Source: Eledone cirrhosa (taxonomy: Eukaryota). Taken from it: a DNA stretch of 64,000 nucleotides. Shown here piece by piece: positions 25,639 through 39,927 of the stretch. A program made the position numbers and the translations under genes. Position 1 is the first letter of the stretch. Each line of letters opens with the position of its first letter. The notes under the pieces are model-generated. The model had not been told where the DNA came from. It did not search any database and saw only the letters and a list, made by a program, of their open reading frames with translations. The DNA lies in NCBI GenBank assembly GCA_964016885.1, contig OZ024754.1:41478001-41542000 (forward strand), given 5' to 3'.

Positions 25639-28618
25639 CCAAGGTACCTTACTTCTGGTCCAGTAAAATACCAAGGTACCTTACTTCTGGTCCAGTAAAA
25701 TACCAAGATACCTTACTTCTGGTCCAGTAAAATACCAAGATATGTTACTTCTGGTCCAGTAAAATACCAAGATACCTTACTTCTGGTCCAGTAAAATACC
25801 AAGGTACCTTACTTCTGGTCCAGTAAAATACCAAGATATGTTACTTCTGGTCCAGTAAAATACCAAGATACCTTACTTCTGGTCCAGTAAAATACCAAGA
25901 TACCTTACTTCTGGTCCAGTAAAATACCAAGATACCTTACTTCTGGTCCAGTAAAATACCAAGGTACCTTACTTCTGGTCCAGTAAAATACCAAGATATG
26001 TTACTTCTGGTCCAGTAAAATACCAAGATACCTTACTTCTGGTCCAGTAAAATACCAAGATACCTTACTTCTGGTCCAGTAAAATACCAAGGTACCTTAC
26101 TTCTGGTCCAGTAAAATACCAAGGTACCTTACTTCTGGTCCAGTAAAATACCAAGATATGTTACTTCTGGTCCAGTAAAATACCAAGATATGTTACTTCT
26201 GGTCCAATAAAATACCAAGATATGTTACTTCTGGTCCAGTAAAATACCAAGGTACCTTACTTCTGGTCCAGTAAAATACCAAGGTACCTTACTTCTGGTC
26301 CAGTAAAATACCAAGGTACCTTACTTCTGGTCCAGTAAAATACCAAGGTACCTTACTTCTGGTCCAGTAAAATACCAAGATATGTTACTTCTGGTCCAGT
26401 AAAATACCAAGATATGTTACTTCTGGTCCAGTAAAATACCAAGATACCTTACTTCTGGTCCAGTAAAATACCAAGGTACCTTACTTCTGGTCCAGTAAAA
26501 TACCAAGATATGTTACTTCTGGTCCAGTAAAATACCAAGATATGTTACTTCTGGTCCAGTAAAATACCAAGATACCTTACTTCTGGTCCAGTAAAATACC
26601 AAGATATGTTACTTCTGGTCCAGTAAAATACCAAGATATGTTACTTCTGGTCCAATAAAATACCAAGATATGTTACTTCTGGTCCAGTAAAATACCAAGA
26701 TACCTTACTTCTGGTCCAGTAAAATACCAAGATATGTTACTTCTGGTCCAGTAAAATACCAAGATACCTTACTTCTGGTCCAGTAAAATACCAAGATATG
26801 TTACTTCTGGTCCAGTAAAATACCAAGATATGTTACTTCTGGTCCAGTAAAATACCAAGATATGTTACTTCTGGTCCAGTAAAATACCAAGATACCTTAC
26901 TTCTGGTCCAGTAAAATACCAAGATATGTTACTTCTGGTCCAGTAAAATACCAAGATACCTTACTTCTGGTCCAGTAAAATACCAAGATATGTTACTTCT
27001 GGTCCAGTAAAATACCAAGATACCTTACTTCTGGTCCAGTAAAATACCAAGATATGTTACTTCTGGTCCAGTAAAATACCAAGATACCTTACTTCTGGTC
27101 CAGTAAAATACCAAGATATGTTACTTCTGGTCCAGTAAAATACCAAGATACCTTACTTCTGGTCCAGTAAAATACCAAGATATGTTACTTCTGGTCCAGT
27201 AAAATACCAAGATATGTTACTTCTGGTCCAGTAAAATACCAAGATACCTTACTTCTGGTCCAGTAAAATACCAAGATATGTTACTTCTGGTCCAGTAAAA
27301 TACCAAGATACCTTACTTCTGGTCCAGTAAAATACCAAGATATGTTACTTCTGGTCCAGTAAAATACCAAGATATGTTACTTCTGGTCCAGTAAAATACC
27401 AAGATATGTTACTTCTGGTCCAGTAAAATACCAAGATACCTTACTTCTGGTCCAGTAAAATACCAAGGTACCTTACTTCTGGTCCAGTAAAATACCAAGG
27501 TACCTTACTTCTGGTCCAGTAAAATACCAAGGTACCTTACTTCTGGTCCAGTAAAATACCAAGGTACCTTACTTCTGGTCCAGTAAAATACCAAGATACC
27601 TTACTTCTGGTCCAGTAAAATACCAAGGTACCTTACTTCTGGTCCAGTAAAATACCAAGGTACCTTACTTCTGGTCCAGTAAAATACCAAGATACCTTAC
27701 TTCTGGTCCAGTAAAATACCAAGGTACCTTACTTCTGGTCCAGTAAAATACCAAGGTACCTTACTTCTGGTCCAGTAAAATACCAAGGTACCTTACTTCT
27801 GGTCCAGTAAAATACCAAGGTACCTTACTTCTGGTCCAGTAAAATACCAAGATACCTTACTTCTGGTCCAGTAAAATACCAAGGTACCTTACTTCTGGTC
27901 CAGTAAAATACCAAGATACCTTACTTCTGGTCCAGTAAAATACCAAGATACCTTACTTCTGGTCCAGTAAAATACCAAGGTACCTTACTTCTGGTCCAGT
28001 AAAATACCAAGGTACCTTACTTCTGGTCCAGTAAAATACCAAGATACCTTACTTCTGGTCCAGTAAAATACCAAGGTACCTTACTTCTGGTCCAGTAAAA
28101 TACCAAGATACCTTACTTCTGGTCCAGTAAAATACCAAGGTACCTTACTTCTGGTCCAGTAAAATACCAAGATACCTTACTTCTGGTCCAGTAAAATACC
28201 AAGGTACCTTACTTCTGGTCCAGTAAAATACCAAGGTACCTTACTTCTGGTCCAGTAAAATACTAAGATACCTTACTTCTGGTCCAGTAAAATACCAAGA
28301 TACATTACTTCTGGTCCAGTAAAATACCAAGATACCTTACTTCTGGTCCAGTAAAATACCAAGGTACCTTACTTCTGGTCCAGTAAAATACCAACATACC
28401 TTACTTCTGGTCCAGTAAAATACCAAGGTACCTTACTTCTGGTCCAGTAAAATACCAAGATACCTTACTTCTGGTCCAGTAAAATACCAAGGTACCTTAC
28501 TTCTGGTCCAGTAAAATACCAAGATACCTTACTTCTGGTCCAGTAAAATACCAAGATACCTTACTTCTGGTCCAGTAAAATACCAAGATACCTTACTTCT
28601 GGTCCAGTAAAATACCAA
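25639..28618. repeat. Minisatellite, 32-bp unit, ~93 copies
   Basis: CCAA(GGTACC/GATACC/GATATG)TTACTTCTGGTCCAGTAAAATA. Confidence 0.98.
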
Positions 28619-29329
28619 TCCTTCTAAATAATTCCTGTTTTTTTTTTTTTTTTTGGAGAGCATCAGTTTATTGAATTACTACAGCTTCTTTTGTAAATAA
28701 CAGCAAAAGAAATGGCTATATATAAGAAAACCTACTAAAAATTCTTTGAAACAACAATTGCTCTGACATATGTATAGACTGAGACAGTTAGAAAGGTATT
28801 TTACTACTTAATTATCGAAATATATCTGAAGTTTAAGAGGTGACAATAGTAATAATTATAAAATTGATTGGTTAATTAGAGGACACGTGTCTTGATATAT
28901 TAATGATTCCAGAAGGTGTGACATTTGTCTCGTGGAGAAGTATAAACTACTTTTAGAGTCATTTACAATTTGGAACAAAAGATTGGAACTAATGAATTCT
29001 TGGAGATGTTTTCATTGTTATTTAATGAAGAATTTCCAGCTAAACCAACCTAGCTAAAATATTTTATTTCTCACATTCACTTAACCATTGCCATAAATCC
29101 TGTGACAACAATAGCAGCTTTCTCCTTGTTTTCAATGTTTTATGCATAAGATACTGAAGACTTAGAAATATCACACATAGAATATATCTCATATGAATAT
29201 TTCACATTTTCTGTGTACAAAAACTCGAGAAATAAATGTGTGATGCATTTTTTAACATATTTTTCAGTAATCAAATTTCGAAGACAAATCATATTTCAAT
29301 GTGTTTAACAATATTTTGGTTTATGCATT

Positions 29330-29660
29330 GATGACCTTTTGACATGCTTGTTCTCAGAGAGTTATATATATATATTTTCTATGTATATAGTTTAAGCTTA
29401 TTGAATGAACATTCTACTGAAGTTACTTTCGTAGGCAGAGCGAGAAAATTCTGGAATAATGCACGAGAATTTGAAAGAGATGTACTGCCAGTAGCAGTAT
29501 ATATTTTGTTAAGTTCTCCCAAATTACTTTGGTATGTTGTAGTTCTCATGTCAATCAATTCATTTCGAAATCCTTTGTCATTTACATCAGCCTTACAAAG
29601 TTCGTCAAATGTCATTTCCTTTTTCCAATATAAACAAGTATTGCCAGAGAAATAAAAATT
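29330..29660 (-). mobile_element. hAT transposase C-terminal dimerization-domain relic
   Basis: ...RALFQNFLALPTKVTSVECSFNKLKL then *...SLRTSMS, matching the hATC motif TLPVT.AS.ERSFSKLKLIK..LRSTMS; in-frame stop. Confidence 0.75.
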
Positions 29661-30010
29661 TATCGGAAATTTTCTTTGCAGCATCAACATTTTTTGACAG
29701 AATTGACAATCACATAAAAAAAAACAGATGTCCAAGATTATAATTATGCATATATGTCAGGATCAAATGCCCAAAATAATGGTTTCTACTTTTGGCACAA
29801 GGCCAACAATTTGAGGAGAAAGGGAAAGTCAATTAAATTGACCCCAGTGCATTACTGGTACTTTATTTTATCAAACCCTTTAGGGATGAAAGGCAAAGCT
29901 AACCTCGGTGGGATTTGAACTTAGAATGTAAAGGGGAGTACACTTCAAGACAGCACTCTGTTGAATCCAAACTATGGTAAACCACACTTTCCCTCATTGA
30001 GGAATTTGTA

Positions 30011-31979
30011 AAGATACAGGCCACAACACCTGTAATGTCAAAATACAGACCACAACACCTGTAATGTCAAGATACAGGCCACAACACCTGTAATGTCAAA
30101 ATACAGAACACAACACCTGTAATGTCAAGATACAGACCACAACACCTGTAATGTCAAGATACAGGCCACAACACCTGTAATGTCAAGATACAGGCCACAA
30201 CACCTGTAATGTCAAAATACAGAACACAACACCTGTCATTTCAAGATACAGGCCACAACACCTGTAATGTCAAGACACAGGACACAACACCTGTAATGTC
30301 AAGACACAGGACACAACACCTGTAATGTCAAGATACAGACCACAACACCTGTAATGTCAAGACACAGACCACAACACCTGTAATGTCAAGACACAGGACA
30401 CAACACCTGTAATGTAAAGATAAAGGTCTGAACACCTGTAATGTGAAGATAAAGGTCTGAACACCTGTAATGTCAAGATACAGGACACAACACCTGTAAT
30501 GTAAAGATACAGGCCACAACACCTGTAATGTCAAGATACAGACCACAACACCTGTAATGTAAAGATACAGGCCACAACACCTGTAATGTCAAGATACAGA
30601 CCACAACACCTGTAATGTCAAAATACAGAACACAACACCTGTAATGTCAAGATACAGGACACAACACCTGTAATGTAAAGATACAGGCCACAACACCTGT
30701 AATGTCAAGATAAAGGCCACAACACCTGTAATGTAAAGATACAGGCCACAACACCTGTAATGTCAAGATACAGACCACAACACCTGTAATGTCAAGATAC
30801 AGACCACAACACCTGTAATGTAAAGATACAGGCCACAACACCTGTAATGTCAAGATACAGACCACAACACCTGTAATGTCAAGATACAGACCACAACACC
30901 TGTAATGTAAAGATACAGGCCACAACACCTGTAATGTCAAGATACAGGACACAACACCTGTAATGTCAAGATACAGGCCACAACACCTGTAATGTCAAGA
31001 TACAGGCCACAACACCTGTAATGTCAAGATACAGGACACAACACCTGTAATGCCAAGATACAGGCCACAACACCTGTAATGTCAAGATACAGACCACAAC
31101 ACCTGTAATGTCAAGATACAGGCCACAACACCTGTCATGTGAAGATACAGGCCACAACACCTGTAATGTCAAGACACAGGACACAACACCTGTAATGTCA
31201 AGATAAAGGCCACAACACCTGTAATGTAAAGATACAGGCCACAACACCTGTAATGTCAAGATACAGACCACAACACCTGTAATGTCAAGATACAGACCAC
31301 AACACCTGTAATGTCAAGATACAGGACACAACACCTGTAATGCCAAGATACAGGCCACAACACCTGTAATGTCAAGATACAGACCACAACACCTGTAATG
31401 TCAAGATACAGGCCACAACACCTGTAATGTCAAGATACAGGCCACAACACCTGTAATGTCAAGACACAGGACACAACACCTGTAATGTCAAGATAAAGGC
31501 CACAACACCTGTAATGTAAAGATACAGGCCACAACACCTGTAATGTCAAGATACAGACCACAACACCTGTAATGTCAAGATACAGACCACAACACCTGTA
31601 ATGTCAAGATACAGGCCTGAACACCTGTAATGTCAAGACACAGGACACAACACCTGTAATGTCAAGATACAGGCCACAACACCTGTAATGTCAAGATACA
31701 GGCCACAACACCTGTAATGTCAAGACACAGGACACAACACCTGTAATGTCAAGATACAGGCCACAACACCTGTAATGTAAAGATACAGGCCACAACACCT
31801 GTAATGTCAAGATACAGACCACAACACCTGTAATGTCAAGATACAGACCACAACACCTGTAATGTCAAGATACAGGCCTGAACACCTGTAATGTCAAGAT
31901 ACAGGCCTGAACACCTGTCATGTGAAGATAAAGGTCTGAACACCTGTAATGTCAAGATACAGGCCTGAACACCTGTAAT
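30011..31979. repeat. Minisatellite, 29-bp unit, ~68 copies
   Basis: AAGATACAGGCCACAACACCTGTAATGTC and variants. Confidence 0.97.
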
Positions 31980-32384
31980 TACTGATGTCTAGGTGGAAAC
32001 ATGTATATTGATATATTGATGTGATGATGATGAAGAGGTGGAGGAAGAGGCTGAGGAAGAGGCTGAAGATGAAGAAGGAGGAGGAGGGGGAGAGGAGGAG
32101 TCTGAAGAGGAAGGAGGGAGAGGGGGAGTATATCTACGAGAGAACTGGTTTCTAGCTATTCCACATCTGACATTTATAACAATATGTAAAACATATTGAC
32201 ATTTTAACAGACAGATTACTGAAGACACAGTGTGTGTGTACGTGTGTGTACGTGTGTCTGTGTGTGTGTGTGTACGTGTGTCTGTGTGCGTGTGTGTGTG
32301 TACGTGTGTGTGCGTACGTGTGTCTGTCTGTGTGAGTCTGCGAGTGTTTGTGTGTGTGTGTGAATATATATGTGTGTGTGTGTG

Positions 32385-32429
<45 letters not shown>

Positions 32430-32481
32430 GAGTGAGTCTTAAGCTGTACTTTATTTCACTAATAATTGTGCCACAATTCCT

Positions 32482-32684
32482 ACAACAACAACAACAACAA
32501 CAGCAGCCACAACCACCATCACCACAACAACAACAACAACAACAACCACAACAACAACAACAACAACAGCCACAACCACCATCACCACAACAACAACAAC
32601 AACCACAGCCACAACCACCATCACCACCACAACAACAACCACGACAACAACAACAACAACAACAACCACAACAACAACAACAAG
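32482..32684. repeat. (CAA)n/(CAC)n trinucleotide repeat
   Basis: Direct inspection. Confidence 0.9.
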
Positions 32685-32806
32685 TTACTATGGAAGAGAA
32701 AGAAGAACACAAAATCTATTGATAAGTTGTATTGGGTTGGGGTGGCATAGGATGACCCTGTTTTATGGAAGCTAACATAAGGTATTTGTTGATAACTGTG
32801 GCCATT

Positions 32807-33358
32807 TTCAGGGTCATATAATCATCAATATATACTACTAGCTGGTCCATCCGGCTGGCACCCTTTCAGGGTCATATAATCATCAATATATACTACTAGC
32901 TGGTCCATCCGGCTGGCACCCTTTCAGGGTCATATAATCATCAATATATACTACTAGCTGGTCCATCCGGCTGGCACCCTTTCAGGGTCATATAATCATC
33001 AATATATACTACTAGCTGGTCCATCCGGCTGGCACCCTTTCAGGGTCATATAATCATCAATATATACTACTAGCTGGTCCATCCGGCTGGCACCCTTTCA
33101 GGGTCATATAATCATCAATATATACTACTAGCTGGTCCATCCGGCTGGCACCCTTTCAGGGTCATATAATCATCAATATATACTACTAGCTGGTCCATCC
33201 GGCTGGCACCCTTTCAGGGTCATATAATCATCAATATATACTACTAGCTGGTCCATCCGGCTGGCACCCTTTCAGGGTCATATAATCATCAATATATACT
33301 ACTAGCTGGTCCATCCGGCTGGCACCCTTTCAGGGTCATATAATCATCAATATATACT
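32807..33358. repeat. Minisatellite, 58-bp unit, ~9.5 apparently identical copies
   Basis: TTTCAGGGTCATATAATCATCAATATATACTACTAGCTGGTCCATCCGGCTGGCACCC. Confidence 0.97.
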
Positions 33359-33378
33359 ATTGTATTTTCACGGTAAAG

Positions 33379-33840
33379 GCTTTACTTCACATAATATCAA
33401 ATCTACGACATATTTATATTATTTAGTTTGATATTATTTATTTTGAGTTCAAATCCCACCGAGGTTAACTTTGCCTTTCATCTTTACGGGGGTCGATAAA
33501 ATAAAGTACCAGTAATACACTGGGGATAATTGCTGGCCAGCAATTTTGGGGAGGGGAAAGAAAGTCGATTAAATCCACCCCAGTGCGTGACTGGTACTTT
33601 ATTTTATCGACACTCCCCCCCCCCCCCCCCCCCCCCCCCCCCGTAAGGATGAAAGGCAAAGTTAACCTCGGTGGGATTTGAACTAAAAGAAATAAATAAT
33701 ATCAAACTAAATAATATCAAAATGTCGTAGATTTGATATTATGTGAAGTAAAGCGGGATTTGAACTCAGGCCGTAAAGGGGACGTAAACTCTGTGGCCGC
33801 AAAGCATGGCATACGGCCCTCTACCGATCACTGCCAATTC
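33379..33840. mobile_element. Inverted duplication containing SINE S2 halves and piggyBac-MITE internal sequence
   Basis: 33379-33520 is mirrored at 33580-33754; central AATTGCTGGCCAGCAATT; SINE head resumes at 33754-33840 on the minus strand. Confidence 0.75.
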
Positions 33841-34635
33841 ACTCCTCTCCAGATAATAAGTCCCACAACTGACTTTCACTGACTTCTTAGTTAGCATTTT
33901 TCTTTTCTTGGGAATGTAATAAAGATTCAATGAAAGTATCTGCAATATAGGTGATATCATACCTATATTGATAATATCATATATTGGTATTATCATATAT
34001 TGGTATTATCATACATTGATAACAATGAAAAGGTTAGTATCTGATACGGTTCAATAGTTTTTGTTCAATAGATCTCTGGCACACAGCTAGCCTGATTACT
34101 CTCCACATTGTCACACCTCACTTTCAATATCTTATAATTCAAATCAACTTAATGTCACATACTGCATGCATGTGTGCACACATACACACATACACGCATG
34201 GACACATGCACACATGCACACATGCACACATGCACACATACACACATGCACACATATACACATACACACAGACACACATGCACACATGTATACATACACA
34301 CAGACACACATGCACACATACACACATACACACAGACACACATGCACACATGTATACATACACACATACACACATGCACACATACACACATACACACATG
34401 CTCACATGCACATGCACACCTACATATATACACACTTTCTGTCCCCCCTACTCTCTCCCCTCTCTCTCCCTTCTCTCTCCCCTCTTCTCTCCCCCTCCCC
34501 CTCTCTCCCCCTTCCCCTCTCTCCCACTTCGCCCCCCCCCCCCCCTCTCGTCAGATATGTTAAACATGTTACTTCTGATACTAAATACTATTAAGATCTA
34601 CAAAACATTCCGGTGTAAGATTGTGAGATTTTATA

Positions 34636-35035
34636 CATGGTACTACATGGTACTGCATGGCACTGCATGGTACTGCATAGCACTGCATGGTACTACATGG
34701 TACTGCATGGCACTGCATGGCACTGCATGGTACTACATGGTACTGCATGGTACTGCATGGCACTTCATGGTACTACTTGGTACTGCATGGTACTGCATGG
34801 TACTGAATAGCACTGCATGGTACTACATGGTACTGCATGGTACTGCATGGTACTGCATAGCACTGCATGGTACTACATGGCACTGCATGGCACTGCATGG
34901 TACTGCATGACACTGCATGGTACTACATGGTACTGCATGGCACTGCATGGTACTACATGGTACTGCATGGCACTGCATGGTACTGCATGGTACTGCATGG
35001 CACTGCATGGTACTGCATGGCACTACATGGTACTG
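34636..35035. repeat. 10-bp minisatellite, ~40 copies
   Basis: (T/C)ACT(G/A)CATGG. Confidence 0.95.
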
Positions 35036-35811
35036 TTTGACACTGTATGACACTTCACTTTAGGCAAGAAGTGCCTTCTATCTTATTCATACATAGACTA
35101 AAGTCTTGTAAATGAAAGTTGGTGGACAGAAACAGAGTGGAAGCCCATCAGATGGTCTATGGCTGTTCATACTAATTGTTACAACAGAAATTTAACATAT
35201 TTCATTTTTAGAAATCTATAATTACTGAAATTTGTAGAAATTTAGTAAATTTCATGATGCCTCTTTAAGGAAAGACTTTGTATTGAACCGAGAGTTACTA
35301 AGAAGAAAACTTCAAGACAACAAAAGAGAGGAGTTTTATGAGATGACTGCAAAGTTAAATAATTACGTTATATATAACTTTATTTCATGTATTTAGGAAA
35401 TATATGAAGATGTAGTTCTGAAATTTGTAGAAATTTAATTAAACCATGAAATAGTATAATAGAATGTGACTGATATGGTGGACTTTGTACTTTAGCAGGA
35501 GATGATAGCAAGAAGCCATCTTGATGGTAATGTTCTGTAGTTCAGTTAGATGAAAGCTGAGCAACATAATTACGTTATATATAATTTTATTTCATATATG
35601 TATTTAGAAAAATATCTCAAGATTTAGTTCTGAAATTAGTGAGAAATTTAGTTATTCTAGGAAATATCGTACATGGTGTCTCTGTGTTGACATGTCAGAG
35701 TCTGAATAACAGAAGTCATTTTACTTACAGTCTTACACCATCTTATGTAAATATTTCTACAGATATATAACATAAGTCACTAGACTTTCACTATCTTATG
35801 TATATACTGTA

Positions 35812-36038
35812 GAAGGTGTGTGGCTGAGTGGTTAGAGAACTGGATTCGCAATCGTGAGGTTGTCAGTTCGATTCCTGGACCAGGCGATGCATTATGTCCT
35901 TTACGGTCTGAGTTCAAATCCCGCAGAGGTTAACTTTGCCTTTCATCCTTACGGGGTTGATAAAGTACCAGTAACGTACTGGTGTCGATTTAATCGACTT
36001 TCCCCTCCCCAAAATTACTGACCTTGTGCCTATACTAG
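35812..36038 (+). mobile_element. Chimeric SINE: S1-type tRNA head fused to S2 body
   Basis: GAAGGTGTGTGGCTGAGTGGTTAGAG..CAGTTCGATTCC..GCATTATGTCC joined to TTTACGGTCTGAGTTCAAATCCCGC..GCCTTTCATCCTTACGGGG. Confidence 0.75.
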
Positions 36039-36536
36039 AAGTCACTAGACTTACACTGTCTTATGTATATAATGTGACATATTTCTACAGATATATGACA
36101 TAAGTCACTAGACTTACACTGTCTTATGTATATAATGTGACATATTTCTACAGATATATGACATAAGTCACTATACTTACACTGTCTTATGTATATAATG
36201 TGACATATTTCTACAGATATATGACATAAGTCACTAGACTTACACTGTCTTATGTATATAATGTGACATATTTCTACAGATATATGACATAAGTCACTAG
36301 ACTTACACTGTCTTATGTATATAATGTGACATATTTCTACAGATATATGACATAAGTCACTAGACTTACACTGTCTTATATATATAATTTGACATATTTC
36401 TACAGATATATGACATAAGTCACTATACTTACACTGTCTTATGTATATAATGTGACATATTTCTACAGATATATGACAGAAGTCTCTATACTTACACTGT
36501 CTTATGTATATAATGTGACATATTTCTACAGATATA
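36039..36536. repeat. Minisatellite, 63-bp unit, ~8 copies
   Basis: AAGTCACTAGACTTACACTGTCTTATGTATATAATGTGACATATTTCTACAGATATATGACAT. Confidence 0.95.
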
Positions 36537-38057
36537 TTAACATCAAACCCATTACATTATGATTGTAAGTCCAACACCTTTACCACTAGACCACACACTT
36601 CCACATTAAATCCATTTGTCAATAGAAAACAAACAAGACAATACATTTGTTAAATACCATTCTTTCATCTGATATAATACCAATATATATTTTTAGAGAT
36701 GTTCCTACTATGTTTTTCATGATAATATCATTACAGTTTTAGTGAGGAAATCTATTGTTTCAGAGAATCTACATTTAGTTTGATCAATAATTTAGCACCC
36801 ATTCATAACACCATTCAACATTTTCATAATGATTTGACAACTCGTTTAGTGAGTTCTGCAATAGATAGAAATGAAGAAGATAAAATATGCACCATTTTAA
36901 CTGAGTGGACATTTATTAAAATAGAGTTGGCAAAATACTGCTGTAAAATGAGATTTGAAAAGCAGACATGCTTTCTGCTTTATTTGGATAAAAAAAAGCC
37001 CCCCAAAAAAAACAAACCTAAAAGGTTTGGAAATTTAAAGCATTAAATTACGGTGTTAGATTTTCATTTTAAATTTTTAAGGGACGTTAAAACCTTTATA
37101 TTTCAAATGAATTCTCACATAAAATGTGCATTATTTTAAAGCAATGTTCCACTATTTGCAACATCTCGCATTTAGAAATCGTGAATTCTTGAATAAAATT
37201 GTAAATTATTGCATAATATCAACTGAAAGGCAGACATTTTTTTCAATATATCACATGCTGGAATATTCAAGAAAAAAACTGTGTAGAGAGTTCCCAGATG
37301 GTTTTTAGGGGGGGGGGGGGGGGGGGGGGAGAATAATAAAATGACTTATTGAATGTATTGTATTATTTAAGTTAATGTTTGTGGTGTTTGAGTGTGAGGA
37401 GTGCTGCTTCAAAGAAACCTGTTTCAACAGTAACATATGTTCAGTGCTAAATGAAATACAGATAAATATATGATTATTTCTAGATTAATGTTTTGATAAA
37501 GAAAACCAGAATATTCCATCATTTATCAAAGAACTTAGCTTGTTTCATGGATAATTTCCCTCTTTGCCATGAAGATTGATGTATTTATTTGTACAATATT
37601 GAAGAAATTAACAATGACCAATTTTTTGTTTTTAAAATTTTTGGATTTGTTTTAATTTTTGAGAGGGAGGGTTCGTTTTAATTTTTTTGGTTTTGTTTTA
37701 ATTTTTCTTTCTTTTGTTTTAATCTTTTTTTGTTTTGAATTTTTTTGTTTTTGCTTTTCATTTTTTTTCTTTCTGTAATACAAAATTATTAATTTCTCTG
37801 AAAAAAATCTATTTGTTGAAAATCTATTTGTTGAAAGTTTGGTAAGAACTGACACTAGAAACAATTCATTTGATAAATTATTGATTTTGTTGTTGATTGC
37901 AATATTCCCAGGGGGTGCTCTACAATGATGCTTGCTGGAATGTATTTCAGTTTTTAATAGCTTCATGATACAATTATAGTCAAATTACATGGAGCGGGAA
38001 CATTATTGGTGAAGGGGTTAAATATGTTCTTATTTTTTCACACATTCAAACATATAT

Positions 38058-38378
38058 ATCATCATCATCATCATCATCATCATCCGGCAGTCTCAGCCAA
38101 AATGGACTCAACAATTGATCTCCACGTGGGTCTGTCGTTCATTGCTGTTGCCAAGACCTGGATTTTAATACCAGAATCTCTGGAGATGACATCGGGGTAG
38201 GAGAGCTTGCGCCCCCTGTTATTAGTGACTGATTGTGGTTTCCAAAGCACTAATAGGGACACAGCCTCATAAGTGGCACAATGGCAGGGGCCAGCAAATC
38301 TTACTTTCCTTTCATGTACAACAACAGATATGCGTGGGAGGCCGGCATATATCTCTCTCAAAGGCAGATGTCACCAGC
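38058..38378 (-). mobile_element. RTE-group LINE 3' relic with (TGA)n tail
   Basis: EIYAGLPRISVVVHERKVRFAGPC...LVLWKP...RGRKLSYPDVISRDSG...AMNDRPTWRSIV*. Confidence 0.75.
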
Positions 38379-38741
38379 TTATGTTCTGAATGCGTTGAAG
38401 CATAAAATATATAAAAGTGGTGCCCTAGCATAGCCTCAGCCAGATGGCTGACACAGGGAAAAGAGTAAAAGAGTAAAACAGCAATAAATGAATGCTCTTT
38501 TATGTCTAACTTCTCATCTTTAACCCTTTCTTGCCCCTTTCCCTCTATCATGATCTTTATCTTTCTCTCTCTCACTCACTCTCTCTCATTCTCACACCCC
38601 CCCTCTCATTCTCTCTCTTTCTCGCTCTCTCTCTCTTCCTCCTCTCAAAAAGATGAAACATCATAATTGGACCATGAAACGTTAGGTAGCATGTTTTGTT
38701 CCATGTATAAACATAAATAACATTATATATAAATATCTCAA

Positions 38742-38930
38742 CAGTCGATCGACTTTCGTCAAATCCGACCAGGGAAACAATATTTCCATCGGTCTTTCCA
38801 ATTGCTAATACTATCTATCAGTCATAACTCCAGGTAGAAGGAGCAACAGGAAATAAAGTGCCTTGCTCAAGGACATAATGCATCGCCTGGTCCAGGAATC
38901 GAACTCACAACTTCACGATTGCGAATTAGA
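38742..38930 (-). mobile_element. SINE S1 variant with alternative tail; other copies at 48360-48560 and 49405-49614, tail only at 11825-11893
   Basis: CORE-like block plus tail GGAAAGACC(A/G)ATGGAAA(C/T)ATTGTTTCC..GGTC(C/G)GATTTGACGAA. Confidence 0.75.
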
Positions 38931-39715
38931 AACCTTTAAAATGGGTGGTTTTATTTCATAGAACCAGAGCTGGTTTTGGCTGGGTTGGTAACTAAAGGGT
39001 TAAAATGGGTGGTTTTATTTCATAGAACCAGAGCTGGTTTTGGCTGGGTTGGTAACTAAAGGGTTAAAGGTGCATATGTATGTGGAATGCTCAGCCACTT
39101 ACATGGATTTTCAGGCTGTTCCATTGATTTAACAACAGGAACATTCAACATGGAAACCAACAGAAGTCCATTCAAAATGTATCAATATAACGATCAAAGT
39201 ATTTCATCTGTAATAAGAAAGATTTATCCTATATTGTATCTATTTGAAAGAAATCCCTAACTACATGTTCACCATTTTTCAGAAATGAAACACAAATCCA
39301 CACCATTTTCTCGCTCTTTTTTGAAGTTAAACTTTTCACCACCATTTTCTGCTCCCTAACCCCAAAAATCTACAAAAGAAATAAAAGATTTCTACTCTTT
39401 CATGCTTTGCTTTGATTGATTCATTTAAAGAATTCCAGACATGTTGTCTGCAGGTATAAATGTAGTTTGCTTGAATGAGCATCGGAAAGCAATTTCAGCT
39501 GTAATATATGTCAAGTGAAGAAAAAGCATCGTTTCTGAACCACAAACTATTCTGTGACACATAATTTGTGGCTTCAATAAATAATGTTGCCTAAACTGTT
39601 TGTTGCATCAGGAGAGGTAGATAAGAAAATGTTAATGCTCTATATTTTAAATTAACTGTCCACAGGCTTAAAATTGCTATAAAACATTCTGATAGGGAAG
39701 CAATATAGTCTACTG

Positions 39716-39775
<60 letters not shown>

Positions 39776-39927
39776 GGGTAGAGAGTAAAGACCCCCTCCG
39801 ATGTTTGTGGAAGACCAACAGTCGGCCGTGCATACCAGTCTCCTCTCTCCATGCCACTGATGTTGTCCAAGGGAAAGGCAATGGACATTGCAGCTTGGCA
39901 CCAGTGACATTACAATATATATATAGA

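Noticed and set aside
32432-32722. Poly-Q/P ORF
   Set aside because: (CAA)n microsatellite with no splice or homology support
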